Part shown: piece after piece, positions 19,130-26,436 of the stretch | Numbering within the stretch: the stretch's first letter is position 1 | How the letters are laid out: each line of letters starts with the position of its first letter | Source: a virus | Taxonomy: Duplodnaviria > Heunggongvirae > Uroviricota > Caudoviricetes | IMG/VR virus record: IMGVR_UViG_3300031555_002005 | Strand: one strand, 5' to 3' | DNA length: 64,000 bases | Notes under the pieces: model-generated | Told to the model about the DNA's origin: nothing | What the model saw: the letters and a program-made list of their open reading frames with translations, nothing else | Databases searched by the model: none | Program-made: the position numbers and the translations under genes

Positions 19130-19486
19130 ATGATTAAAGTTATATATAGTAAAGACGGACAACCTATTTCTGACTTTAAGGTATACGATGCTGTTGACGA
19201 TATGATTGAAGTTTATAACACCCATAGAAACACAATCACACAAGATATTCCTATTAAAACTTCTAGTGAACTTTATCTATCGGTTTTTTCTCTGCGTGTA
19301 ATGGAAGGGAAAATTTCAGCGGACGAAGTAGAGTTTTACTGTGAAGACGAAAAGTTAGAATTCGATATCTATTTCGGAGTTTCAATATCAAAAAATCACG
19401 CTATGGGATTTTTTGCGGAAGTTACTGAGAAAGCCGTTGTAACTGGATATAAAAATATGAAACGAGATAGATGTTACGACATATAA
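19130..19486 (+). CDS. hypothetical protein
   Basis: AAGAGGTAAG RBS. Confidence 0.55.
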   Translation: MIKVIYSKDGQPISDFKVYDAVDDMIEVYNTHRNTITQDIPIKTSSELYLSVFSLRVMEGKISADEVEFYCEDEKLEFDIYFGVSISKNHAMGFFAEVTEKAVVTGYKNMKRDRCYDI

Positions 19487-19517
19487 AAGAAGATTTTTAA
19501 ATGGAGAAGATAAACTA

Positions 19518-19724
19518 ATGGAACAGAATGCAAAGATTAAACCCTTTAAATGGGCAGATCTTACACTAGTTGTGCAATTTGAACATTGCACAAAGTGCAA
19601 ATATTTTTCTAGTTGTTATGATATAAAAGAATTGGCATGTGAATATGATGGACGTTCACGTGTTGTTAAAAAAGTGCCAAATTATATAAGTCAAGATTGT
19701 TTTAAGGAAGGAAGCGAAGATTAG
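19518..19724 (+). CDS. hypothetical protein
   Basis: AATGGAGAAG RBS. Confidence 0.5.
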   Translation: MEQNAKIKPFKWADLTLVVQFEHCTKCKYFSSCYDIKELACEYDGRSRVVKKVPNYISQDCFKEGSED

Positions 19725-19726
19725 AA

Positions 19727-20254
19727 ATGAACCTAACAAAAGTAAGTAAATATATTAGTTTAATTTTGCGCCATAAGCCAGAAACAATTGGCATCAGCCT
19801 TGATGAGCATGGCTGGGCCAATGTAAAGGATCTTATTGATGGCGTAAATAAAACTCACAAGCTAGATATGAAAATGCTTGAAGAGATTGTAGCAACAGAT
19901 GATAAGCAGCGCTATTCTTTCAATGAAGATAAGACTATGATTCGTGCCAATCAGGGGCATTCTATTGATGTAGACGTGGAACTTGAAGAAGCTGTGCCTC
20001 CTGAGATGCTTTGGCATGGAACTGGTGTTAAATACATGAAGAGCATTGATACAGAGGGGCTTATTCCTAAGTCCAGATTGTATGTGCATTTGTCTACTGA
20101 TCCTAATACGGCAATGGAGGTCGGTAAGAGACATGGTGCACCTATGATTTACTGCATTGATGCGCTAAGAATGCATGAAGATGGATATAAGTTTTACAAA
20201 TCCAAGAACGGTGTGTGGTTAACTAAACATGTGCCTGCGGAGTATTTTAGGTAA
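19727..20254 (+). CDS. kptA: RNA 2'-phosphotransferase (Tpt1/KptA family)
   Basis: Strong similarity to E. coli KptA: LRHKPE, GW..V..L, RANQGHS, LWHGT, YVHLS, NGVWLT motifs. Confidence 0.85.
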   Translation: MNLTKVSKYISLILRHKPETIGISLDEHGWANVKDLIDGVNKTHKLDMKMLEEIVATDDKQRYSFNEDKTMIRANQGHSIDVDVELEEAVPPEMLWHGTGVKYMKSIDTEGLIPKSRLYVHLSTDPNTAMEVGKRHGAPMIYCIDALRMHEDGYKFYKSKNGVWLTKHVPAEYFR

Positions 20255-20265
20255 GGGAAAAGCGA

Positions 20266-20448
20266 ATGAAATGGATACATAAGGAAAATATAATTGGAGA
20301 GACAGTCAGTCATGAATGCTGTTGTTCTAAGTGTGGGTATGTAACCATAAGATACTCGCATTTAATTTATGATTTGAGAGCGGGAAAGCCATATAGTGCG
20401 CCTAAGTATAATTATTGCCCAAATTGTGGAGAGGGAGTGGAAGCATGA
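20266..20448 (+). CDS. zinc-ribbon small protein
   Basis: CCCSKCG...CPNCG. Confidence 0.45.
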   Translation: MKWIHKENIIGETVSHECCCSKCGYVTIRYSHLIYDLRAGKPYSAPKYNYCPNCGEGVEA

Positions 20449-20702
20449 ATATTAATCAAAAGTGTAACGGTAGAAATAATGTAATGATTGGTAGCTGCAA
20501 TGTAATTAAGGGAAGCAACATTATTAGTGGGTCTGCTATTATTGACGGAACTGTTATTGTTAATGGCGTAGAATTGCCACCGCCTCCTACTAAGTGCCGT
20601 AGCACTACAATTATTAATAATAAAGTATATATTGACGGCTATGAATTTAAGAATGGCAAATGGAAGAAGACGCTACGGGCGTGGTGGCATTTGTGGTTTT
20701 AA
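20445..20702 (+). CDS. hypothetical protein
   Basis: GGAGAGGGAG RBS before the ATG at 20445. Confidence 0.45.
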   Translation: MNINQKCNGRNNVMIGSCNVIKGSNIISGSAIIDGTVIVNGVELPPPPTKCRSTTIINNKVYIDGYEFKNGKWKKTLRAWWHLWF

Positions 20703-20714
20703 GGAGGTGTAAGT

Positions 20715-21509
20715 ATGCCCAAATTTTTTGTAAGTTCTGATATTCATAGTGCATATACTCCGTGGATGAAGGCATTAAAAGAAGCGGGTTTTGATGAAAA
20801 CAATCCTAGTCACAAAATTGTCGTATGCGGAGATTTGTTCGATAGACTGGATGAATCTATTCAGGTGTACGATTTTGTTAAGGACATGCTTGAAAAAGAT
20901 AAGTTAATTTACGTAAAAGGAAATCACGAAAGTCTAATGGAAGAATGCCTTGAAAGAGGATACCCTGGAAGGCATGATTGGTCAAATGGTACGGCAAAAT
21001 CTATTATTGACCTCGTTCCCCATGCAGAGAATTTTTATGATGGTTGCGCCGTCGTACGTGAAAAAATGAAATCTTTGTGGGGCAAGACTGTCAATTATTT
21101 TGAGACTAAGAATTATATTTTTGTACATGGCTGGATCCCGGTTATTTGCAAGGATAATTTGCCTAGCTATTATACTAGAAATAGAAAGTTTGAATTTAAC
21201 CCAGAGTGGCGTCATGCGCACTTTTCTGAGTGGGAACAGGCTAGATGGTTAAACGGTATGGATATGGCCAGAAAAGGCTTTGTGGAGCCTGAGAAGACTA
21301 TTGTATGCGGACACTGGCATTGCAGCTATGGTCATATGATGGATGATATGGCTAAGAATGGCCCATTTGATTGTATTGATGAATTTGGAGAAACTGCAAT
21401 TTGGGAACCTTATTATGGAAATGGTATAATTGCAATTGATCGCTGCACTGCACATACTGGAGAGGTTAATGTTCTTGTCATTGAGGATGAACTGTTGGAG
21501 GAATTATGA
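20715..21509 (+). CDS. calcineurin-like metallophosphoesterase (candidate 2',3'-cyclic phosphodiesterase/phosphatase)
   Basis: GDLFDR and GNHE motifs; AAGGAGG RBS. Confidence 0.7.
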   Translation: MPKFFVSSDIHSAYTPWMKALKEAGFDENNPSHKIVVCGDLFDRLDESIQVYDFVKDMLEKDKLIYVKGNHESLMEECLERGYPGRHDWSNGTAKSIIDLVPHAENFYDGCAVVREKMKSLWGKTVNYFETKNYIFVHGWIPVICKDNLPSYYTRNRKFEFNPEWRHAHFSEWEQARWLNGMDMARKGFVEPEKTIVCGHWHCSYGHMMDDMAKNGPFDCIDEFGETAIWEPYYGNGIIAIDRCTAHTGEVNVLVIEDELLEEL

Positions 21510-21661
21510 AAAAGTTAACAGCAAAGCAATGAGCAAACATACAATGGGCAAAGGGGAAAAATCCAATTCACTTATTTGGTAACGTATATTTGGTACGCTA
21601 TAAGTCTACACAGCTCTCTAAAATCCCATTTTATTTGATCAAAATTTTTAAAGAATACCCT

Positions 21662-21690
21662 CTTGACAAATAGAAATAAATATGCTATAA
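21662..21690 (+). promoter_or_regulatory. sigma-A-type promoter
   Basis: TTGACA-N17-TATAAT. Confidence 0.6.
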
Positions 21691-21738
21691 TACAGACACT
21701 TCAGAGATACAATACAAAATTAACGAAGGAGTAAAGAT

Positions 21739-22071
21739 ATGAGCAAGAATTACTTTGCCATTGAAAGAAACGAACAGTGTTGGACTCCCGTAATCCTGGC
21801 GGATAGAAACGGAAATCCCGCATTTGAAGAGTTTTTTGACATGAGCTATGATGAAATGAAGAACAGTGCGCTGCTTGAGGATTTCGTTGTTGCCGCTATG
21901 GAGGCAGCGGATATAGTTTGTGGTGTAGAAGATGATCAGACTATCATGACGCTTGTGGGCAGCGATGATGTTTTCATTTGGAGTATCATTATGGGATATG
22001 AAAATGATGATATTCGATATTGCCTTGTTGACTGGAAGAAAGATGGTCATTCTTACAGATATGCAACTTAA
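21739..22071 (+). CDS. hypothetical acidic protein
   Basis: AAGGAG RBS. Confidence 0.6.
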   Translation: MSKNYFAIERNEQCWTPVILADRNGNPAFEEFFDMSYDEMKNSALLEDFVVAAMEAADIVCGVEDDQTIMTLVGSDDVFIWSIIMGYENDDIRYCLVDWKKDGHSYRYAT

Positions 22072-22079
22072 ATACCCCC

Positions 22080-22108
22080 TTGACAAATAATGGAAAGTGT
22101 GCTATAAT
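22080..22108 (+). promoter_or_regulatory. sigma-A-type promoter (first of a tandem pair)
   Basis: CCCCTTGACAAAT-N-GTGCTATAATAC. Confidence 0.6.
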
Positions 22109-22158
22109 ACAGATACTTCAAAGGAGAGCGGCCTTGAATCGGGAGATTACAAAGGGGC

Positions 22159-22187
22159 TTGACAAATGAAGAAAGATGTGCTATAAT
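22159..22187 (+). promoter_or_regulatory. sigma-A-type promoter (second of a tandem pair)
   Basis: GGCTTGACAAAT-N-GTGCTATAATAT. Confidence 0.6.
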
Positions 22188-22233
22188 ATTTACAGCTTAA
22201 AACAATACAAAATTAATGAGAGGAACAAAAAAT

Positions 22234-22578
22234 ATGGCAATTAAGTATTTTGTAAACGAAGAGAAGCGACAGGTTATTGGTCTGCTGGAAAACACTCGGT
22301 GGGACGCACTGAATAAGATTTGTAAGACTGTTGCGGATACTGATTTTTGTGTAGTGCCCAATGAAAAGTACATGATGCCCTCTGAATTCAGAACTGTTGT
22401 CACCTGTGATCCTAGAGATGAGTTTGATGTAGAGATTGGTAAGAAGATTGCCAAGGAGCGTCTACTAAAGAATTATTACGCATCTCTTGATAAGCGTGTG
22501 AACAAGTTCTTGGACGCTGCGCTGATCTTCAATGGAAAGGTATTCAAGACTCCTGAAACGCTTGAAAATAACACTTGA
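22234..22578 (+). CDS. hypothetical protein
   Basis: GAGAGGAAC RBS before the ATG at 22234. Confidence 0.55.
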   Translation: MAIKYFVNEEKRQVIGLLENTRWDALNKICKTVADTDFCVVPNEKYMMPSEFRTVVTCDPRDEFDVEIGKKIAKERLLKNYYASLDKRVNKFLDAALIFNGKVFKTPETLENNT

Positions 22579-22603
22579 CAAAATGTAAGATGTATGATAT
22601 AAT
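22575..22603 (+). promoter_or_regulatory. sigma-A-type promoter driving the tRNA array
   Basis: TTGACA-N17-TATAAT followed by the conserved element. Confidence 0.55.
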
Positions 22604-22697
22604 ACATACACTTAATCACAATACAAAATTAATGGAAAGTTACGATTGAATAATGGGTAACGAGTCAGCTGATGAGGTTTAGAGCTGGCATGAATTT

Positions 22698-22774
22698 GGT
22701 TCCGTGGCTCAGTGGTCTAGAGCAGCGGGCTCATAATCCGTCAGACTTCGGTTCGAATCCGAACGGAACCACCA
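22698..22774 (+). tRNA. tRNA-Met/Ile2 (anticodon CAU), CCA encoded
   Basis: Cloverleaf folded by hand: acceptor GGTTCCG/CGGAACC, T-loop TTCGAAT. Confidence 0.75.
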
Positions 22775-22777
22775 AAT

Positions 22778-22854
22778 GCTCTAGTAGCTCAGTTGGTTAG
22801 AGTATTCGCCTGATAAGCGAAAGGTCGGCTGTTCAAGTCAGCCCTAGAGCACCA
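22778..22854 (+). tRNA. tRNA-Ile (GAU), CCA encoded
   Basis: Acceptor GCTCTAG/CTAGAGC; anticodon loop CTGATAA. Confidence 0.8.
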
Positions 22855-22857
22855 AAT

Positions 22858-22983
22858 GACGGTGTAGCTCAGTTGGAAGAGCAATAGCCTTTGTCAGATG
22901 CAGGCTTGCACTAATTCAGTTCGATTCTGAAGTTTGGCACCATAAGCTATGGGTCGAGAGTTCGAGCCTCTCCACCGTCACCA
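22858..22983 (+). tRNA. interrupted tRNA. A 57-nt anticodon loop (about 50 extra nt) contains a tRNA-like minihelix ending in CCA. Would be tRNA-Lys (UUU) if the insert is excised.
   Basis: Acceptor GACGGTG/CACCGTC; D-arm; anticodon stem ATAGC/GCTAT separated by 57 nt; T-arm GAGAG-TTCGAGC-CTCTC; CCA encoded. Confidence 0.55.
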
Positions 22984-23009
22984 AAAGAAATGGAGTTTAT
23001 TATGTATCA

Positions 23010-23265
23010 TTCTTATTCTTGGAAGAAACATCATGATTGGGTTAAAGCGATAAGGAAAAGAAAAGTTGCAAAAGACATTTTCCCTTTTTATGACGAATGC
23101 CCCGAATTACATAAGCTCCATCATTATTCTAAAAATAAATTTCATTGTGTTTGGACTTATTCTCCGAAAACAAAGCAGAATGGAATTTATAACTACAAAG
23201 TAAGTGACATGCGAAAAATCCAAAGATTATTTGATTCTAAAAAAGAATATGATATGGTCCCTTAG
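23010..23265 (+). CDS. hypothetical protein inside the tRNA array
   Basis: AAATGGAG RBS; stop overlaps the start of tRNA-Asn. Confidence 0.4.
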
Positions 23266-23331
23266 CTCAGTTGGCAGAGCAATAGGCTGTTAACCTATGT
23301 GTCGCTGGTTCGAGCCCAGCAGGGATCGCCA
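23256..23331 (+). tRNA. tRNA-Asn (GUU), CCA encoded
   Basis: Anticodon loop CTGTTAA; good cloverleaf. Confidence 0.8.
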
Positions 23332-23450
23332 AGCCTAGTTAGTTATCTGCGCAGATACGGCACATCCCATGGTTAAGGCGGCTGACCTTATAAAAGCCAC
23401 CCTGGTACGGTGATAATGCTTGCTAACGGCAAAACAACCGTACAACATAT

Positions 23451-23604
23451 ATCCCAGTAGCTCAGCTGGATAGAGCAACGGTCTTCGGGGAGTTCGTTAA
23501 AAGGTAAGATACTTTAGGATAAAACCTAAGGAGATTACAGTTCGAGTCTGTTGCTCCCCACCATAAACCGTAGGTCGGGGGTTCGAGTCCCTCCTGGGAT
23601 ACCA
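23451..23604 (+). tRNA. interrupted tRNA. An 87-nt anticodon loop (23483-23569) contains a nested tRNA-like element (23487-23563). Would be tRNA-Arg (UCU) if the element is excised.
   Basis: Acceptor ATCCCAG/CTGGGAT; D-arm GCTC..GAGC; anticodon stem ACGGT/ACCGT separated by 87 nt; T-arm GGGGG-TTCGAGT-CCCTC; CCA encoded. Confidence 0.55.
23487..23563 (+). ncRNA. nested tRNA-like element inside the anticodon loop (acceptor GGGGAGT/GCTCCCC, anticodon arm TTAGG-ATAAAAC-CCTAA, T-arm, CCA)
   Basis: Folded by hand; ends ACCA; flanked by CTTC and TAA, which would join into a 7-nt loop CTTCTAA. Confidence 0.4.
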
Positions 23605-23610
23605 AAATAT

Positions 23611-23745
23611 CGGGAACAGGTGGAATGGTATACACATCGGAACCATAACTGAGTTTTGATAAAAACTTGCCAACAGCAAATACGTGGACGTAAAATCCGA
23701 CGCTTTTGCAAGCATCCTTGGTTCGAATCCAAGGGTTCCCGACCA
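23611..23745 (+). tRNA. class-II-like tRNA with an extra stretch of about 47 nt (a 54-nt segment between the anticodon-stem strands)
   Basis: Acceptor CGGGAAC/GTTCCCG; anticodon stem TCGGA/TCCGA separated by 54 nt; long variable hairpin; T-arm CCTTGG-TTCGAAT-CCAAGG; CCA encoded. Confidence 0.4.
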
Positions 23746-23748
23746 AAT

Positions 23749-23823
23749 GGTCCCGTCGTCTAGTGGCTAGGACTCAGGATTTTCATTCCTGCAACAGGGT
23801 TTCGAATACCCTCGGGATCACCA
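23749..23823 (+). tRNA. tRNA-Glu (UUC), CCA encoded
   Basis: Anticodon loop TTTTCAT; T-arm AGGGT-TTCGAAT-ACCCT. Confidence 0.8.
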
Positions 23824-23896
23824 ATAAAGTAATTCTTGTCAAACGATACACAAAAGATGCTAAAGAATTACCTAATTTTAAAAGTTAGGTGATAGC

Positions 23897-24541
23897 ATGG
23901 AACAGAAGAAAAAAGATTATTCCAAGTATAGAAAAAAGTATTGGAGAGAACAAATAAAACATAGAGGTGTTCAATTTCTAGGTGGTGTGTGTCGTAATTG
24001 CGGAGGCGCTTTTGAAGATTGTTGCTATGATTTTCATCATTTAAATCCAAAAGAAAAAGACTTCACGATTGGAAATGTACAAACTAACGGAGCAAAAAGT
24101 TGGTTTAAAGTACGTGACGAATTAAAGAAGTGTGTACTATTATGTGCGAACTGTCATCGTCTTGCTCATGCAGGACTAATTGAAACAGATCTTCAGTTAT
24201 ATTTTAATGATGAATACTATGAATGGGATTTGACAAAATTTAAACTAATTGATTCATCAACTGGTTTGCCCAAGGATGCAAATATTACATGTCCTATATG
24301 CGGACAATACAAATCTCCAAATGCAAATAAATGTTCAGAGTGTGCAATGAAAGAGCAAATAAGATTTGAAGTCTCACGAGAAGAATTAAAAGAAATGATA
24401 TACACTATGGCATTTACTGATATTGGTAAAAAATATGGGGTTTCTGATAATTCTATTAGAAAAAGATGTGAAAAATTTGGATTACCATCTTACAAGAAAG
24501 ATATTCTAAAATACTCACCAGAAGAGTGGGCATCTATTTAG
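23897..24541 (+). CDS. HNH homing endonuclease
   Basis: HHLNPKEKD...CANCHRLAH. Confidence 0.75.
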   Translation: MEQKKKDYSKYRKKYWREQIKHRGVQFLGGVCRNCGGAFEDCCYDFHHLNPKEKDFTIGNVQTNGAKSWFKVRDELKKCVLLCANCHRLAHAGLIETDLQLYFNDEYYEWDLTKFKLIDSSTGLPKDANITCPICGQYKSPNANKCSECAMKEQIRFEVSREELKEMIYTMAFTDIGKKYGVSDNSIRKRCEKFGLPSYKKDILKYSPEEWASI

Positions 24542-24611
24542 ATATTATTCTATAAAACATAGACAATAAGTTTTAAGAATGTATATTCTGTTTTAAAGTT
24601 GTCATTTATAC

Positions 24612-24687
24612 GGTGGTGTAGCATAGTGGCTAATGCGCTGGACTGTCTCTCCAGTTACCGTGGGTTCGAGTCCCATCACCATCGCCA
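24612..24687 (+). tRNA. tRNA-Asp (GUC), CCA encoded
   Basis: Anticodon loop CTGTCTC. Confidence 0.75.
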
Positions 24688-24690
24688 TAT

Positions 24691-24775
24691 CGGTGAGTCG
24701 CCTAGTTGGTTAGGGCAGCAGACTGTAAATCTGCCGGTTTTACCATCGTTGGTTCAAATCCAACCTCACCGACCA
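24691..24775 (+). tRNA. tRNA-Tyr (GUA), CCA encoded
   Basis: Anticodon loop CTGTAAA; long variable arm. Confidence 0.8.
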
Positions 24776-24917
24776 GTCCTCTTGATGCAGCGAGAGTAAG
24801 ATAATTTCAGCCGATGACAAGGCTATACATTGGTACTGCATTACCGATTCACGACGTAAATACGGATATAACAACGTATTTGAAGGACAGTGCCAACTAC
24901 TGGTTAGTTGGAGATCT

Positions 24918-24992
24918 GCGGTAGTAGCTCAATGGTAGAGTTCCAGATTTCCAATCTGGCTGTTGCGAGTTCGAGTCTCGTCTACCGCTCCA
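24918..24992 (+). tRNA. tRNA-Gly (UCC), CCA encoded
   Basis: Acceptor GCGGTAG/CTACCGC; anticodon loop TTTCCAA. Confidence 0.8.
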
Positions 24993-25214
24993 TGCTATAT
25001 GGAGTATGCAACTTTAATTAAATGAATTTAGTAATAAAGACTTCGGGCCTTGATGCGTACGACAGGGCTTTATGTAAAGGTGGATTAATAAGCTTAGAAG
25101 TACAAAAAGCTAAATGAGTTTAATTCATTGGGGGTTGTGCATAGCTCCGCTTCATATAGCAACCACCTGAACAAATGACATAGTGTTATGTGTGGCTGAC
25201 CAACCTTAAGGTCA

Positions 25215-25700
25215 ATGAATATTGAACAAGTAATTCTTTATAAAAGAATCGAAAAAGTACTTAAGAATTACCTAATAAATGACTTGGGTGATTCACAAAT
25301 GAAGAAAAAGGAAAGCTATTGTTTGAATTGTGGAGTTTCTATACCAAATAGAAATAAATATTGCTCAAACAAATGCCAACTAGATTTCCAATATAAAGAG
25401 TATATACAGAGATGGAAAAATGGGCTTGAAGATGGTATGAGAGGTGAATATCTTATATCAGTACACATTAGAAAATATTTAATGGAAAAGTTTGATAACA
25501 AATGCTCAAAATGTGGATGGGGAGAAATAAATCCTTATACCAAAAATGTACCACTAGAAGTCCATCATAAAGATGGAGATTATACCAATAATTCAGAAGA
25601 CAATCTTGACTTACTATGTCCAAATTGTCACTCATTAACAGAAACATATAAAGCTGCAAATAAAGGCAATGGAAGAAAAGATCGTAAAAAATACACATAA
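25215..25700 (+). CDS. HNH homing endonuclease
   Basis: EVHHKDGD...NLDLLCPNCH. Confidence 0.7.
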   Translation: MNIEQVILYKRIEKVLKNYLINDLGDSQMKKKESYCLNCGVSIPNRNKYCSNKCQLDFQYKEYIQRWKNGLEDGMRGEYLISVHIRKYLMEKFDNKCSKCGWGEINPYTKNVPLEVHHKDGDYTNNSEDNLDLLCPNCHSLTETYKAANKGNGRKDRKKYT

Positions 25701-25703
25701 TAT

Positions 25704-25777
25704 GCCCCGATAGTTCAACGGTAAAACGGTGGATTTGTAATCCTCTGTTCTCGGTTCAAGTCCGGGTCGGGGCTCCA
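25704..25777 (+). tRNA. tRNA-Thr (UGU), CCA encoded
   Basis: Acceptor GCCCCGA/TCGGGGC; anticodon loop TTTGTAA. Confidence 0.65.
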
Positions 25778-25914
25778 TATTAAAAGCACAAGTGGATAAG
25801 TACTTTATAGTCAACTGACTAGTCATGTCACGAAAGGTAAGACGAGTTTGCACAAAAATGGCCATGGACATTTAGTGATGAATCCGCAAATCTACGAAAC
25901 GGAGGATATTGCCT

Positions 25915-25962
25915 ATGATTGTTTGTAGTGAATCCAGTGTGGGGGACACCCCACCCGCTTAG
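25915..25962 (+). CDS. conserved 15-codon mini-ORF (MIVCSESSVGDTPPA), copy A
   Basis: GGAGGA RBS; homologous copy at 30959; followed by hairpin 25971-25998 and then the next gene. Confidence 0.4.
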   Translation: MIVCSESSVGDTPPA

Positions 25963-26017
25963 TAGTGGGTTTCGCCGTTCCCACCAAAAACGGCGAACTT
26001 AATTAAGAGGTAATAAA

Positions 26018-26200
26018 ATGTGTAAACACCAAAACGGAAGTATATCAAGTATGTTTGGCATTCCAGTAGATCCTTGTGTGTACAAGGATATTGAAGCATA
26101 CAAGAATGTAACAGTAATTGTTAGCAAATGTATTCACTGTGGTGCTATTAATATCAGTTGGAAGCGTCAGGAAGATACTGAAGAAATTGAAGTTGAGTAA
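26018..26200 (+). CDS. Cys-containing small protein
   Basis: AGAGGTAA RBS. Confidence 0.5.
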   Translation: MCKHQNGSISSMFGIPVDPCVYKDIEAYKNVTVIVSKCIHCGAINISWKRQEDTEEIEVE

Positions 26201-26208
26201 TTAAATAT

Positions 26209-26299
26209 GGGGAATTGGCCGAGTGGTCGAAGGCAGCTGACTTGAAATCAGTAGACGGTGCTGAGCCGTCCGTGGGTTCGAATCCTACATTCCCCGCCA
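26209..26299 (+). tRNA. tRNA-Ser (UGA), CCA encoded
   Basis: Class II; anticodon loop CTTGAAA. Confidence 0.75.
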
Positions 26300-26344
26300 C
26301 AAAATGGGCTTACGGCTTCACCCAACCAAAGAAGCCGACGATAT

Positions 26345-26436
26345 GGAGCAGTACCCAAGTGGCTATAAGGGGACGCCCTGCTAAGGCGTTAGACCGAGCA
26401 ATCGGTGCGAGAGTTCGAATCTCTCCTGCTCCGCCA
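26345..26436 (+). tRNA. tRNA-Ser (GCU), CCA encoded
   Basis: Class II; anticodon loop CTGCTAA. Confidence 0.75.
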
